64,000 nucleotides of DNA, from the NCBI RefSeq assembly GCF_011745625.1, contig NW_027191462.1, positions 124,001-188,000 on the forward strand. Reading direction: 5' to 3'. Shown here one piece after another: positions 1-11,335 of the stretch. The notes beneath the pieces were generated by a model. It worked only from the letters and a program-made list of their open reading frames with translations. It was not told the origin of the DNA and ran no database searches. The DNA is from Cladosporium halotolerans. Its lineage: Eukaryota. The position numbers were made by a program, and so were the translations under genes. Positions within the stretch are counted from its first letter, which is position 1, and each line of letters starts with the position of its first letter.

Positions 1-174
1 TGCATGTCACATATCATATAGTAGCGCCGCGGCGCATGTGAAGTCATCGGAGTCTCTCGGCGAGGGTGGGTCTCGAGACTCGCCCGCTCTTTTGGGGCAG
101 TCGAGCGAACTGTAAGGAGAGGGAAACTATGGCCCCGCACTCTCAATTCTGGCAGCGTTTTCGGCCCGCCCTTC

Positions 175-207
175 CGCGACGCGTCCAAGTCGAGGTCCAG
201 GCGCGTC
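175..207. promoter_or_regulatory. MCB-type elements (CGCGACGCGT plus GCGCGTC) upstream of EXO1
   Basis: CGCGACGCGT at 175-184 and GCGCGTC at 201-207. The same pair occurs upstream of ECO1. Confidence 0.6.
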
Positions 208-381
208 TTGAGCTTCTTGCAACGCTCAGCAGAGGCCGTCTTGTTTTGACATAGACGATACACGAGTCGGGTTTCCGTCGTTCGAGTTGCCTTCTGCTTC
301 AGGATTGAAATGACCGGACGGTTCACGTGAGCAGCGGAGATCTGGCATAATCGCCAGCGCCCCATTAAGGCGGCCGCAGAC

Positions 382-2567
382 ATGGGCATACAAGGTACGT
401 ACCGCACGTGCCTGATCATGTTATGATACTGACAGTCGCAGGGTTACTGCCTCTCCTCAAGAGTATCCAGAAACCCACTCACCTTCGCAACTTCGCCGGC
501 AAAACAATTGGAATCGACGCCTATGGCTGGCTCCATCGTGGCACGGTCGCCTGTGCTATCGACCTTGCCCAGGGCAAGCCGACTAGGAAATATGTCGATT
601 TCGCCATGAATCGTGTCCGCATGCTCATCCACTTCGGAGTAAAACCATACCTGGTATTCGATGGAGACTACCTACCGAGCAAAGCCCATACCGAGAAAGA
701 TCGAGCGGCGCGGCGGAAAGAGAGTAGGAGAACAGGGCTGCAGCTGTTACAAGCCGGCAAGACTTCCCAAGCACAGCTGGAGCTACAGAAGGCTGTGGAC
801 GTGACACCACTCATGGCCCGTGAATTGATCGAGGAGCTGAAGGCTGCCGGCATTCCTTACGTTGTCGCACCTTACGAAGCAGACAGTCAACTCACCTACT
901 TGGAGCAGCAGGGCTTGATCCAAGGCGTATTGAGCGAGGACTCTGATCTTCTCGTGTTTGGCGTTCGCTGCTTGTTGACCAAGCTTGACCAATACGGTGA
1001 ATGTGTGATGATCAGGCGAGACGATTTCACCGCCTGCCGTGAGGTGAGCCTTGTCGGTTGGAAGCTCCACGAATTCCGTATGATGGCCATGCTGTCTGGG
1101 TGTGACTATCTCCCTGGTATCGACAAGATGGGTCTCAAAACCGCTTATCGGCTTGTCCGCAAACACAAGACTGTTGACCGTGTCATTCGAACCGTTCAAT
1201 TTGACGGCAAGATGAAGATTCCTGCCGGCTACCTGGAATCATTCGCAAAGGCCGAACAAACTTTCTTGTACCAATGGGTATTTTGCCCGGAAGCAAAGTG
1301 CCTCGTCAACCTTACAAAGGTCCCACCACAACTAGAAATAGACGGCATGCCTTTTATCGGCAAACCCGTGGATCCCGGTGTAGCATGCGGCGTCGCAGCT
1401 GGAGATCTGGACCCGAACACCAAACTCCCCTTGGTGTTACCACATCGACAAAACGTTGTACCAAGAAGGATTACCAGCATTCAAACTCCAAACGAGAAGC
1501 AAGGGAAAACCATAGCAGAGTTCTTCAAAGCACGTCGGACACCCTTAGCTGAGCTTGACCCGAATTCATTCACACCTTCGCCCAGCCAGCGTCGCTTGCT
1601 GGAAGCCCAACCAAACACGTCTTGGTCCGCGTCACAGCTCCCTGCCATGCGTCCGCCTGCAGTGAGCCGTGTAGCAAGCATGCCCGCGCCATCCTCAGCT
1701 CCGCAGCCAACAAGACGTACTGTCAGTGCCCAGTTTCCTAGCGCCGGCAGCCCTCCGAAGAGACAGCGATTGTGTTCAGACAGCAGCGCATTAGCCGGCA
1801 CCACTGGTAAATCTATCAAAGACGGATCAACCAGCCGATTCTTCGGCGCCAGCCCATCTCTGCGCAAGGCTTCATCTAAGAAGGACGAGTTCGAGCTGTG
1901 GTCAGATGATTCGGCGCACGATGCTATGGCGGCACTTGCTGATACACCAGCGCATTCCCCATCACCAAAGAAACGGAAGAGGCTGTCGGTGTATTCAGAC
2001 GTCTCAGCCATAGACCGCAAGGAACGACCAGTCGCCGCGTCGCAAGACCTTACGCAAGATACGGTGTCGTCTTTCGCGTCGAACATCTCTCGCAGCACAC
2101 AGGCAATGGATACTCCCGAGACTTCTTTCGAGAGTGTTGGCGATACTCCGAGCATATTCAACAAGGGCGTTGCATCTCGCTTCGAGAGCTTCAAGTCAAA
2201 ATGGGCTTCCAGCTCAACGAGCAAAAACAAGATGATCGAATCATTAGAGGCAAGCAGCTCAAAGAAGCCGGCATCGCCTGAGCAATTCACCGAAGACAAA
2301 ACAGTTGATCTAGAGGATGATGATGAAGTGGTACCGGCATCCTCGCCACCACAAGAACCAGCACTAGAGAACGAAGGCGCCGAGGAGATTCTCCCTGACG
2401 AAGAATGGCTAGCTCTAGAGCAACAGCCTATCTCAGCAAAAGTCGCAAGCGAGATATATGTCAAAGGAAGCGAAGACCTCATTGTGCCGGAAAGCCCCCG
2501 GAGCACCAGCCATGAAGAGGAAGCAAGACCAAGCCTCGACCTTGGGCGTTTTGCGTTTGCAGGGTAG
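382..2567 (+). CDS. EXO1: Exonuclease 1 (XPG/Rad2 family 5'-3' exonuclease)
   Basis: Exon 382-394, intron 395-441 (GTACGT..CTGAC..CAG), exon 442-2567. Spliced start is MGIQGLLPLLKSI. XPG motifs present: GIDAYGWLH, LVFDG, APYEADSQL, SEDSDLLVFG, SGCDYL. Long disordered tail contains a MIP-like TSRFF. Confidence 0.96.
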
Positions 2568-2880
2568 AGCATTGTGAAGGGGTGGACGCGTTTGTTTGTT
2601 GTATTAAGATACCAGAGTATTTGCTGCGCTTTTGCGTTGGGCTTTAGCCGTGAGCTCATGTATTCTCATCGATTTGCATCAGCTTGACTTTCATTCATGG
2701 GTACAAAGAAGCTGTCATACGCATCGCATCCATTTCAATTGGTAACTTTCTTGTGAGGAGTTCTACTACCTAGGTAGTGTTTGAGTCGCGTCAAAATTCA
2801 GTGGTCTATTGATTGAAAGTATACATATTGAGTGCTGTCAATGACCGTCATCCAAAGCTAAGGCTAGCACAGCTAGCACA

Positions 2881-2984
2881 CTCTCCTTAGCTCAGCTGGA
2901 AGAGCGCAAGACTGTAATTGCTCCTGTTCAGGCGACTGAACAACGATTATCTTGAGGTCCATGGTTCGATCCCGTGAGGGGAGA
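2881..2984 (+). tRNA. tRNA-Tyr(GTA) with 31-nt intron (2918-2948)
   Basis: Acceptor CTCTCCT/AGGGGAG+A, anticodon stem CAAGA/TCTTG, GTA at 2914-2916, B-box GGTTCGATCCC, followed by a T5 Pol III terminator. Confidence 0.96.
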
Positions 2985-4064
2985 CTTTTTGCTCTTTGGT
3001 GCCACCTACAAACACATCTTTTGTCCTCGCAAGATCACACGATGGCTTGACTTATGCCTCGCAGTCGCTTGCTGGGATAGTTTCCTGATTCGGGATCCAG
3101 CTTCTGGCACGCTAGCTGTACACAACGGCGGATTTTAAGGCGTCCATATCATACTCTGAGTCAACACAACGAGTTCTTACACCCGATCAAACCATTTGCC
3201 CCCCTTGGAATGATTTTTTGGGTTGATGACAGCCAGAGTCGGTGGTGCAGGCGGAGATATTAAGGCGTGCACAGCATGCGCCTCATGTCCAACATGCCTC
3301 CAGAGAGCCATACTCTCCCCAGAACCGAATCTCCTCACAAAGTCTACACTGACTCAGCCTTACTGAACTCCAACTGATTGCTGCTGGACTTTGACGGACG
3401 TCCACCCATTTGATGATGCCCGCAATCAATAGTTCTCTCGCTCGAGTTAAAATCCCCAGCACCTAATAATTTGTAAACAACTCAAAGACTCAAAGCATTG
3501 AGACACCGCCAAGGCAACCCGCTGCGCTTGGCAGCAAGCGAAGGATGAGGCTGAGCTAGCTAACCGACTATGCAATACTCGATTCGCGAGCGGGTGAAGA
3601 CTTCCGCCAATGAGGGATCTTGGAAACTGGGCAATACGGAATACGCGCTGCTTAGAGGAGGCCGGATTGACCTTCAAAGACGCAATCTGTCCTGATTTTT
3701 GCTACGAAATGCGAAAACATGGCACGCTCGCCTCATTGAAACAGGTCAGTCAGTTGTCTTAACGGCGACATGACCTCTAGGCACGCCCGCATTGGGGCCT
3801 GGCGCCGGCAAATAGCCTCCTGAACCGCCAACTCTCGCTTCACTCCGCTCGGCACCTTGAGTGCACCGGCGACCAATCCTACAGCATCCATCCAAGATGC
3901 TTGCACTAGCGCGGCATGCCTAGAGTGGTTGCGACAGGACATTTAGATTCAATGGTAGGAGTCAGGTGCCCATCCTTCGATGAGGCTTGTTGTCGTCTCT
4001 CTTTTTTCCCGTGGCCTTGCAATCGTCTCGTCTTCTAGACGCCTCCAAGCACCATGCGTGCAGC

Positions 4065-5852
4065 ATGTTATCAGCACGGTTTGTTCAGCAAAAGCCTTCT
4101 CGTCTCGTATTAATATCTCTTTGTATACTGGCGAGCATCTTCTGGTTTTGTCTAGATCTCTCGGACCCGCCACGCGTAGCATCGACTCGCCGCCTACGGC
4201 CTACGAGGCCCCGAGCACACCATCCGCTGGACGATGTGATCAGCCAGGCAGTGATATCGTTCAAAAACAAAACAACAGAAGAGACTCACAGCCTACGCGA
4301 TGCCGTAGCTGCCTACATCCATCGCCGAGGCCGATACCCGCCCCCCGGCTTTGACAAATGGCACGAACGCGCTCGTGAGAATGGGGCCGTAATCGTAGAA
4401 AGCTTCTTCGACCAAATCTACGAGGACATTGAACCATTCTGGGGCTTGGAGCCTGCGGATATCCGCGGCGAACTGGTGGACTGGAAGTGGACGCTGCGCG
4501 TTCGCAATGGTCGACTACAGAAGGTTCCCCAAGGCCGGGCCAGGTCTGTCATCTGGGGCGATATGATCGGGCAGATAGCGGCTGATTTGCCGGACATGGA
4601 TATTGCCATCAATCCGCTTGATGAGCCGCGGATATTTGCGACGTGGGAGAAGGTCGAGGCTCATGTTGCGAGGGCTTCGAAGCAGCGAGAGCACATGATG
4701 TCGTTGCCTGAGAGAGATATGTCGAATAGGCTGCCCAAGTGGAAAAGCAAGAGCGTAGACCACGTTTCAAGGGATCGAGAGACTGTGAAAGACGAGTGGA
4801 TTACGAAAGGACAACTATGGCCGCACGTTCTCAGCACATGCCCTCCTGAGACAAGTAGCCATAAGAACGACCAGAATCTCATCGAACAGAGCTCCAACTG
4901 GACGACATCCAAAGACATCTGCAACAACCGTGACTGGGCGAGCATCCACGGGACACTGATCAGACCCGCAACCATGAGCATTCGCACGGATCTGGTCCCC
5001 ATGTTCAGCGACGCAAAGCTTCAAGGCAGCAACGACATCCTCTTACCTGCAGCCTCCTACTTTGGCGAGAAAGCCGCGTACACCAGCAAGGGCTGGTTCG
5101 GAGAAGGCAACACGGCGACTCCCTGGCACAAGAAAGTCTACGGGCTGGTGTGGCGCGGCAAAGCAACAGGAGGCCTTGTGGAGAAGTCCAAATGGCAAGA
5201 TTATCAGCGCCAGAGACTCGTTGCCATGCTCAATGGATCGGACACAGCATTGCACGACAACGAATCCAAGTTCGGCAGCCCAACTGGACACGAGACGACC
5301 AGCGTAGAGCAAACCGGCCGACCCTCACTATCCAGCTGGCTGAGCGAAATCGCAAACGTCGGCTTCACAGACTACATTTGCCCTCGGGGAGACTCAAGCG
5401 ACGCCTGCAAAGCGATGGCAGCGCGCTACGGCTTGCTGCCAGAGATATCCATGAAGAAGCAGTACGGCTGGAAGTACCTCCCCGATATCGACGGCAACAG
5501 CCTCTCGGGCCGCTTCAGGGCGTTCATGCGGTCGAACAGCGCTCCCATGAAAGCGACGATATTCAAGGAGTGGCACGATAGCAGGCTCGCGCCCTGGGTG
5601 CATTTCATACCGCTGGACATTACGCTGCGGGATCTGTGGTCGACGATGGCGTATTTCTTGGGTTTCGGAGGAGACGCTGGGCACGATGAGGAGGGAGAGC
5701 GGATTGCGACTGAAGGGCGGTTGTGGGCTGAGAAGGTGCTTAGGAAGGAGGACATGCTGCTGTATGCACACCGGGTGCTGCTTGAGTATGGGCGGTTGTG
5801 TGATGACGAGAGGGACACGCTGGGGCTTACGCTTGACATGGTACCACGATAG
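4065..5852 (+). CDS. Glycosyltransferase family 90 (CAP10/Cxt1-like beta-1,2-xylosyltransferase), type II membrane protein
   Basis: First in-frame ATG at 4065, N-terminal TM segment. Motifs GRYPPPGFDKW, LPDMDIAINPLDEPR, LVWRG, KYLPDIDGNSLSGRF, EWHDSRLAPWVHFIP, LRKEDMLLYAHRVLLEYGR. Confidence 0.9.
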   Translation: MLSARFVQQKPSRLVLISLCILASIFWFCLDLSDPPRVASTRRLRPTRPRAHHPLDDVISQAVISFKNKTTEETHSLRDAVAAYIHRRGRYPPPGFDKWHERARENGAVIVESFFDQIYEDIEPFWGLEPADIRGELVDWKWTLRVRNGRLQKVPQGRARSVIWGDMIGQIAADLPDMDIAINPLDEPRIFATWEKVEAHVARASKQREHMMSLPERDMSNRLPKWKSKSVDHVSRDRETVKDEWITKGQLWPHVLSTCPPETSSHKNDQNLIEQSSNWTTSKDICNNRDWASIHGTLIRPATMSIRTDLVPMFSDAKLQGSNDILLPAASYFGEKAAYTSKGWFGEGNTATPWHKKVYGLVWRGKATGGLVEKSKWQDYQRQRLVAMLNGSDTALHDNESKFGSPTGHETTSVEQTGRPSLSSWLSEIANVGFTDYICPRGDSSDACKAMAARYGLLPEISMKKQYGWKYLPDIDGNSLSGRFRAFMRSNSAPMKATIFKEWHDSRLAPWVHFIPLDITLRDLWSTMAYFLGFGGDAGHDEEGERIATEGRLWAEKVLRKEDMLLYAHRVLLEYGRLCDDERDTLGLTLDMVPR

Positions 5853-6186
5853 GAGAAGGCTAATATGCACGATAGTCTAAAGGGACGCAGTGGCACATTT
5901 CGCTGGGCGTCTGTACATGTTTCATACTTCGTTGGCCTCCTTGAAGGCTGGAGACTATGGCTGCCCCTCTTGGCCATCCATACGTGATCTGAGATCCGTG
6001 CACCTAGCATGATCTTGGCCCAAGACCGCCCCAACGCTCATCTCGGGTGGATGTTGTATGGCACACTCAGATGAAGGCTCAATGCCGCGTCCTGATTGCG
6101 TCAGTGGACGGCTTTGTAGAGTAAACCGCGATGCCTGCGTCTTCTACGCACGGCAACATTGCCACTCCAAGAAACACACGGCCCCC

Positions 6187-7907
6187 TCACCCCTGCCCAG
6201 CCTGAGCCCTCAGAGCGTCAACCTCGGCTTGCAGAGCCGCGAGATCCGCCAGCATGTCTCGCTGCGGCTCTTGCGGCGGGGCCTCACCTGTCGCTCCCTC
6301 GTCGATCTGCCGTAAGCTCGACGTCTCGGAGCCCAGACTCGTGTCGCTCGGCTTCCTGTGCTCCATGCTGCTCCTCTTCGGCGCAGCACCGCGCCGAGGC
6401 GGAGGAGCGGGAGGCGGTGCGCCGCCTTCGTGGCGCGGGATGCTGTTGCTGGATGCGTTCGATGATGACCGGTGATGAGAGCCGCTTTTGGAAGGGTTGC
6501 GGCGGGGCGGGGGAGGTAGGGGTCTGTTCTCGGTCGAAGGGCTGCCCGGTTGGGTTGTGGGAGGCGTGTCGGCGGACGCAGTCTGCGTTGAAGGGGTGTG
6601 TGATCTTCGTGAGGGCGGTGGAGGCGGGACGGCTTTTGAGGCTGGCTTTGCGTCTTCGTCTTCAGCTTCTTCTTGGATGGAGTTTTGGGTTAGGTTTGAG
6701 CCGCTTCGACTTCGGCCGCCTCCTTGTCGCCGTGATGATGGAGGCGGTGGAGGTGGCATTTTCTTTGGCACGGAAGGGTCGGCTTGCGGCGGTGCTGGTT
6801 GCTGGGTGGCTGTCGTGTCGCTAGCAGAATTCTCGCTCGCTGTGTTCATTGTTGTTTGTGCCTCTGGGGGTGGCGGAAGTGGTTTGTTCAGATCACTACT
6901 GGGAGACCTAGGTGTCGAAGGTCGTAAGATGCTTTGCAACGGATTGTTTACTGGCGGAGTCCTAGGACCGGAAGATTGCTGCCAGCCCGACGGGATCGAC
7001 TCATTGAAGTCTGCAAATGACACCGTCTGCGGTCCCTTTAGGCCAAGAGCCTTCCCGTGCTTGTGTTTCGGCGGTGGTGGAGGACCTTCAGCCTCTGGTC
7101 GTGATACACTCGGACCCATCAACTGCGTGTGCTCATTGTCTTCGCTGTCCTCACTTGGAATCGATTGTTGGTCGAAAGATGTCCTTGGCGATTCCATGCG
7201 CAGCTCTTGCGTGGGGTCGAACAGTGAATGTCGTGACACAGATGAGGTGTCTGTGCCGCTGCTGCTATCCTGTGGCCGTTGAGACTGCGCCGGCTGTGTA
7301 ACAGGTGGAGATGGGCTCGCACTGCCCGTCATGAGGATGTTCTTGAACATATCCACGTTCATTTTTGGCGGCCCGCCTCCTGCCTTCTCCTCGGTCCCTC
7401 GGTCTTCCGCCGTGGCTCGTTGCAAGCCCAGATGTGCATCGGTGGTCGCCAACGTCCGGGCAAAAGGATTATACGGCGCGCGCATCGTACCCGTCTGTAC
7501 CGGCGGCGGTATAGGGTCAGAGCCGTCCGAGTTTCGCTGGGTATTCAGGTATGCCTTCTGGAGATCCGTATCCGCGGCTGACATCGCATTCGTCGCAGCT
7601 ACATCCTCGGGCGTCACACTCACGGGGGGCGGCGGAGGCGACCCAGTCTTCCCATCCGACAATCGTCTAGGCCTTTCCGGCGATTCCAAGGGCGACTGTG
7701 GTGGGGATATGATTTGTACACGCTTCTTCGGCTTCCCGGTCTTTGTTCGAGGCGGCGCTGTGCATTCCTGTCTTAGTCTCCTTCCGAATCCGTCCAACCT
7801 GCCACCGGCGCATGCTTACACTTTGGCGCAGCGACGTCGCTGTCGTCTATCGCGCTCTCATCCGGTGGCCTGCTCGCTTGAGGCCGGCGGAAGGGGTTGC
7901 CAGACAT
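6187..7907 (-). CDS. Proline/serine-rich uncharacterised protein with short C-terminal amphipathic helix
   Basis: Exon 7907-7820 (MSGNPFRRPQ...), intron 7819-7758 (GTAAGC..CTAAG..CAG), exon 7757-6187 in frame. Contains NPF motifs, many PPPPPxxR motifs and C-terminal DMLADLAALQAEVDALR. Confidence 0.8.
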
Positions 7908-8426
7908 GTTGGTAGACTGCGCTCTGCGCGCGGGTGAGAGCGGGGTGTGTCTTCAGTGTTGAACAATGACCGGAGACCAAATAAGATATGGTGAAGGAGA
8001 AGCGACGAGCTTGAAAGTGATCGCCAGCGTCTAGCCCTGAAGATCCGCCATGTCTCAGGAACAGTGAATGTACGCGAAAGTGAGCTGTCCCGCACTCGCT
8101 CCCCATGCGAGCTGTCTCCGCTCGGTTTGACTCGTACCCTAACCCTGAAAGACGTCATTTCGTCCCGCAATACAGTTTGCATCCGCGCGTCTACTATACA
8201 TTGATGCGTTACAGAGATAAGAGGAACATAGAAGAATAGAAGAGCCTTTCAGAGGAAGGCAAGTACTTGACACTCCGACTTTGCAATATTTTTCACCGTA
8301 CCATAGCGACCAAAAAACATCGACCACATCGATTTCACAATCATCAGGAACGCGAACGACGAAGGGAAACCTCATCCGCGGACAGACCATATTCATTAGC
8401 CATATCATTCTTGAATAAGTACATCT

Positions 8427-9278
8427 TCACAGCTTAGCTTTTACCGGCGCCCCAGCCGACAGCGCCCCATCCTCAATCACAACACTCAACCCCTGCCCTC
8501 CCTCCGGCGTGATAATATCAACTTCCTGGCAATCCTCAATCCCAACTCCGTTCGCGAACTGCATCACCACGAACTCGACCGGCCGCTGCCCCAGAACAAC
8601 CATAGGCGCATGCCACGTGCCCGGTCCGTACGTCACAGCTTGATCCCCGCGGGCAATGAACGCCTGCACTTTGCTCAGATCCGGCAGCCCTGGACCCTTC
8701 GGTCGCTGCGACGAGGAGAGATCGAAAGTGACGGGCGGCGTTGTTGTGGGCACGAAGTCGTTGGTGAAGGGGTTTGGTCGGCTGCCCAGCAATCGTTCGC
8801 GCAAGCTCAGTTTCCGCTTGGCTTGTTCTGTTGGATAGGGCGGGACCGGAGCTTCGTCTTTGGCTCGTTGGCTCAGAGGCAGGGTTGGCGCGACGATGAC
8901 GAGATAGGCTGTTTCCTTGTCGTTTCGATCCAGACCCATAGGGACGAAAGTCTGAGGTGTGAAAGGGTGGCGCTCGAGGATCTTGACGGGGAAGACGCCG
9001 TTTCCGTCTTGCTGGGCCAGAGAGCGGGGCTTGCAGACGAACATGTTGACGGTGGGCGAAGCGGGTTTCTTGGATTGAGAGAGGCCATAGTGGTTCCTCA
9101 AGTGGGTGACATCGAGAACCTTTCTGGCGGAGCCTTGGTTTGCTTCAATGGTGTTGAACGACAGGGTGTCGTCGTGCGTTGCCGGATCCTCGATCACTTC
9201 GCCGAAGTCTTGGAATGCCGTGCCAGTCAGCGGCTGGACCGGAATCGTCCGTGACGGGGCCATGGTGCTTAACGGCAT
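8427..9278 (-). CDS. DAL3: Ureidoglycolate lyase/hydrolase with C-terminal PTS1 (AKL)
   Basis: Motifs FQDFGEVIE, ANQGSA, ILERHPFTPQTFVPM, QAVTYGPGTWHAPM. Intronless; start may be the second Met. Confidence 0.93.
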   Translation of the reverse strand: MPLSTMAPSRTIPVQPLTGTAFQDFGEVIEDPATHDDTLSFNTIEANQGSARKVLDVTHLRNHYGLSQSKKPASPTVNMFVCKPRSLAQQDGNGVFPVKILERHPFTPQTFVPMGLDRNDKETAYLVIVAPTLPLSQRAKDEAPVPPYPTEQAKRKLSLRERLLGSRPNPFTNDFVPTTTPPVTFDLSSSQRPKGPGLPDLSKVQAFIARGDQAVTYGPGTWHAPMVVLGQRPVEFVVMQFANGVGIEDCQEVDIITPEGGQGLSVVIEDGALSAGAPVKAKL

Positions 9279-9484
9279 CTTGATGTCAAGAGTGAAGCTT
9301 GGTTATTATATGACAGTCTTGCACACTCTTTGGAAAGCTGCAATTTGTAGCTCTTGCTTATCTGGCTCAAGGTAGCTGGGACGTAAGCGAGTGGGTCGGT
9401 CTGTGACATGTGAAGATCGACGGCCACGCGACACGGCAGCTCCCTCGGCGCTTGTCCCAAAGCGGCCGACCGAGGCTTGCAGGG

Positions 9485-9515
9485 CGCGACGCGTGAAGCT
9501 TGAGCGCAGCGCGTC
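9485..9515. promoter_or_regulatory. MCB-type elements (CGCGACGCGT plus GCGCGTC) in the DAL3/ECO1 divergent promoter
   Basis: CGCGACGCGT at 9485-9494 and GCGCGTC at 9509-9515, about 90 bp before the ECO1 ATG. Confidence 0.6.
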
Positions 9516-9583
9516 AAAGTGCTAGACAATTATTCCCACATTATCTCTCCTTGCGAACATCTCAGTGCATTGCTCGACAAATA

Positions 9584-10786
9584 ATGGCGGAAGCCAATCT
9601 CACCTCGACGCCACTACCGCACATATCATCCACTCCAATTCCCAGCGACAACCCCATCTTCTCAGACGAACCATGCCTCGCGTCAAGCCCGCCTTCATCA
9701 CCACCCGAGTTTCCATGGGAGCAGGACAGCACGACTAAATACAGCACGCTTTCCCGGCCATCGCCGACGATCAAGAGTGCATTCTCGGTGCTAGGCAAGC
9801 GAAAAGCACTCTCCTCGATCAACGACAATGTCCGCTCAGCCAAGAAACCGACGCCGACAGCAACTGCCGCGAAAGACGCCAAACCGCTCACGCAGATGCA
9901 AATCAGCCTTGGGCAGGAGGTGCAGAAGAAGTGCAAGACCTGCGGCATGGAATATATCGCGTCGTCGGACGAGGACCGGAAACTGCACGACAAGTACCAC
10001 AAGCAGCACGCCGAGGGCTACGATGTCGGCAAGGATTTCCTGAGCAAAGGGCGCCCGGGGAGTGTGTTCAAGACGTCGAAGGCAGGTGACGAGATCGCGG
10101 CTGTGGATGGGAGTGATAGTCCGTGGCGGAGGAAGCGCGCCCGGGCAGCGTTGGACGTGGTGCAGAGGGAGCTGGGGGCCGTGGACATACCGGACGAGCA
10201 GCTTTGGAAGGCTTCGGCGAAACATCTCCCGGAAGACGCATCTTTGAGACGACATACGGTGTACATGTACGTGCGGCAGAACAAGTGCGTCGGGCTGCTG
10301 CTGGCAGAGCACATCGCGGAAGCGAAGAAGGTTTTGGAGCCGGCCAAGCCCAAGGAAAAAGACGATCCGGCGAAACGAGCGATGTCAGCGCTGGAGAAAT
10401 TGCGTGCGAGACGCGCTGCGCAATCCGACGAGGCGGTAGCGAAACAGCCGATTCAGCTATCTACGAAGTTATCGCCGGCCAAGCTGGGGATTTCGCGAAT
10501 ATGGACCTCACCGACACATCGAGGACAGGGGATAGCTCAGTGCTTGCTGGATCGAGCACTGGAGCATCACAACGAGCGTGTCTCTGGACGGACGGGCCAA
10601 CGTCAGGATGAAGATGGTGAAACACACAAGGAGTCGGAATCCAGCAAAACGACAGTATCACCAGTCAACGATACGGAGAAGATCACTAAGGATCATGTGG
10701 CGTTCAGTCAGCCGACAGAAGCTGGAGCACGATTGGCCCGGAAGTGGCTGGGAAGGAACTTCGGTTGGCTTGTCTACATCGATTGA
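9584..10786 (+). CDS. ECO1: Cohesin acetyltransferase Eco1
   Basis: PIP-like LTQMQISLG, C2H2 finger CKTCGMEY..EDRKLHDKYH, GNAT motif LGISRIWTSPTHRGQGIA, and VAFSQPTEAG. First ATG at 9584. Confidence 0.93.
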   Translation: MAEANLTSTPLPHISSTPIPSDNPIFSDEPCLASSPPSSPPEFPWEQDSTTKYSTLSRPSPTIKSAFSVLGKRKALSSINDNVRSAKKPTPTATAAKDAKPLTQMQISLGQEVQKKCKTCGMEYIASSDEDRKLHDKYHKQHAEGYDVGKDFLSKGRPGSVFKTSKAGDEIAAVDGSDSPWRRKRARAALDVVQRELGAVDIPDEQLWKASAKHLPEDASLRRHTVYMYVRQNKCVGLLLAEHIAEAKKVLEPAKPKEKDDPAKRAMSALEKLRARRAAQSDEAVAKQPIQLSTKLSPAKLGISRIWTSPTHRGQGIAQCLLDRALEHHNERVSGRTGQRQDEDGETHKESESSKTTVSPVNDTEKITKDHVAFSQPTEAGARLARKWLGRNFGWLVYID

Positions 10787-11335
10787 GGAGAGGGATTCGA
10801 CATCATGACATTGCCTCAGGGAAAAGATGGTACTACCGTGTGATGACGAGGAACTATTATTGCTAGCATGCGTGTTTGCTTCCAAGGCGTATATACCCGG
10901 ATCTGCAGGATCGCGTTTGCTCGTCAATGAAATATTCTTCTGCTGTTCTTCGTTGATTATCGTTCCCTTGCGCAAGACAACATTATTTATTCTGGGAAGG
11001 TTCGGTGGTGCAGTAGCCTTCGTACAGCTTGCTCATTACGTACAGTCCTAGTATTGCTTCTTGCCTGCTCAGCCACTCGTCTCTAGCTAGGTTCACCACT
11101 CGTTCTCCTCAGGCCGTGGGCGGCTGTCGTCTCACGTTTCGTGGAGAGGGCGATCTCTATAGAATCCATCATAGGTACCATGCACTGGCCCTGGTTGCCC
11201 GACCCTGCGTGCGGTGTTCTACCACTAAAGCCCTGGCTGACGGGCTGTTCTGAAGCCGTCGACTTGCTCGCTCCCGCCCGGCTTCGGTAATGCTTGTGTC
11301 TTCATTTCAGTCCAGTTTTGGACCCCCAATGACAT

